This document shows positions 63,232-64,000 of a stretch of DNA of 64,000 nt, piece after piece. Made by a program: the position numbers and the translations under genes. The notes beneath the pieces are model-generated. The model made no database searches. It was not told the origin of the DNA and worked only from the letters and a program-made list of their open reading frames with translations. Source of the stretch: an uncultured beta proteobacterium (lineage in GTDB: Bacteria > Pseudomonadota > Gammaproteobacteria > Burkholderiales > SHXO01). The stretch spans positions 18,664 to 82,663 of the forward strand of contig CAVYZA010000023.1 of assembly GCA_963772865.1 (NCBI GenBank). The letters run 5' to 3'. The stretch's first letter is position 1; each line of letters opens with the position of its first letter.

Positions 63232-64000
63232 GTGGCCGGCTATCCCCCTGTTCTCGATCTGCCCCCGCTGTCGCGGGCGCGCGGCACCGTGCAGCTGCCG
63301 GGCTCGAAGAGCATCTCCAACCGCACGCTGCTGCTGGCTGCACTCGCCGAAGGCGAGACCGAGATCCACGACTTGCTCGCCTCCGACGACGTCGCCCGCA
63401 TGCTGGAGGCGCTCGAAGCGCTGGGGATCGTGCTCGAGCGTGGCGCCGATGCGCACGGGCTGCGGGTGCACGGGTGCGCAGGCACGTTCCCGGTCAAGCA
63501 AGCGGACCTGTTCCTCGGCAACGCGGGCACCGCATTCCGCCCGCTCACCGCGGCGCTGGCGCTGTCCGGCGGGGACTATAGGTTGTCCGGCGTGCCGCGC
63601 ATGCACGAGCGTCCGATCGGCGACCTGGTGGATGCCCTGCGCCAGGCGGGCGCGCAGATCGACTACCTCGGCGACGAGGGCTTCCCGCCGCTCGAGATCC
63701 TGCCGGCCCGGATCAGTGTGGACCGGCCGGTGAGCGTGCGCGGCGAGGTGTCCAGCCAGTTCCTGACCGCGCTGCTCATGGCGCTGCCGTTGACCGGCCG
63801 CGCCGTGCGGTCCAGGTTGAGGGCGAGCTCATCTCCAAGCCGTATGTCGAGATCACGCTCAACCTGATGGCGCGTTTCGGCGTTACGGTCGAGCGCCACG
63901 ACTGGCAAGGGTTCACGCTGCCGGCCGGACGCTACACGAGCCCGGGCGCCTACCATGTCGAGGGCGACGCTTCCAGCGCGTCGTATTTTCTGGCGGCGGG
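63232..64000 (+). CDS. aroA: 3-phosphoshikimate 1-carboxyvinyltransferase, 5' part (frameshift near 63800; continues beyond window)
   Basis: [69 protein letters not shown]. The end of the window reads [16 protein letters not shown] in a shifted frame. Confidence 0.9.

Overview
GC-rich proteobacterial chromosomal window. The gene order (gyrA-serC-pheA-hisC-tyrA-aroA, dapA-bamC, mtaD-ubiG-gph) looks betaproteobacterial, but that call is from memory. Most of it is housekeeping. Contents, left to right: pyrD, an enoyl-CoA hydratase, bpt/aat and sodC. Then a flagellar block of fleS/fleR-like two-component genes plus fliEFGHIJKLMNOPQR (5.4-19.5 kb). Then dapA-bamC, roxA-like, bcp and slyD. Then a pqqABCDE operon (26.6-29.9 kb), followed by a TonB / proline iminopeptidase / two-component block that ends in a second, nucleotide-identical pqqA. 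Then an iron cluster: Fe3+ ABC transporter, cytochrome c-FTR1 permease, Fur-like boxes, DUF2325-bfd-bfr. Then a patatin-like lipase, a DsbA-like isomerase and an EAL-CBS protein. Then ssrA (tmRNA), two OmpA-family paralogs flanking mtaD-ubiG-gph, and gyrA plus the serine/aromatic amino-acid operon. The most unusual signal is in ssrA: its T-loop is split by a 274-nt ORF-less insert whose core strings match an Azoarcus-type (IC3) group I intron. Other points: the identical inverted pqqA pair with a shared 17-bp palindrome; two families of short intergenic inverted-repeat elements, one sitting between fliH and fliI; a 57-bp x7 tandem repeat in an OmpA paralog. About 26 of about 66 protein genes need one or more frame changes to read through, essential genes included. 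This looks like assembly indel error rather than real decay, so many CDS coordinates are approximate. I found no defence system, prophage, integrase, transposase or CRISPR.
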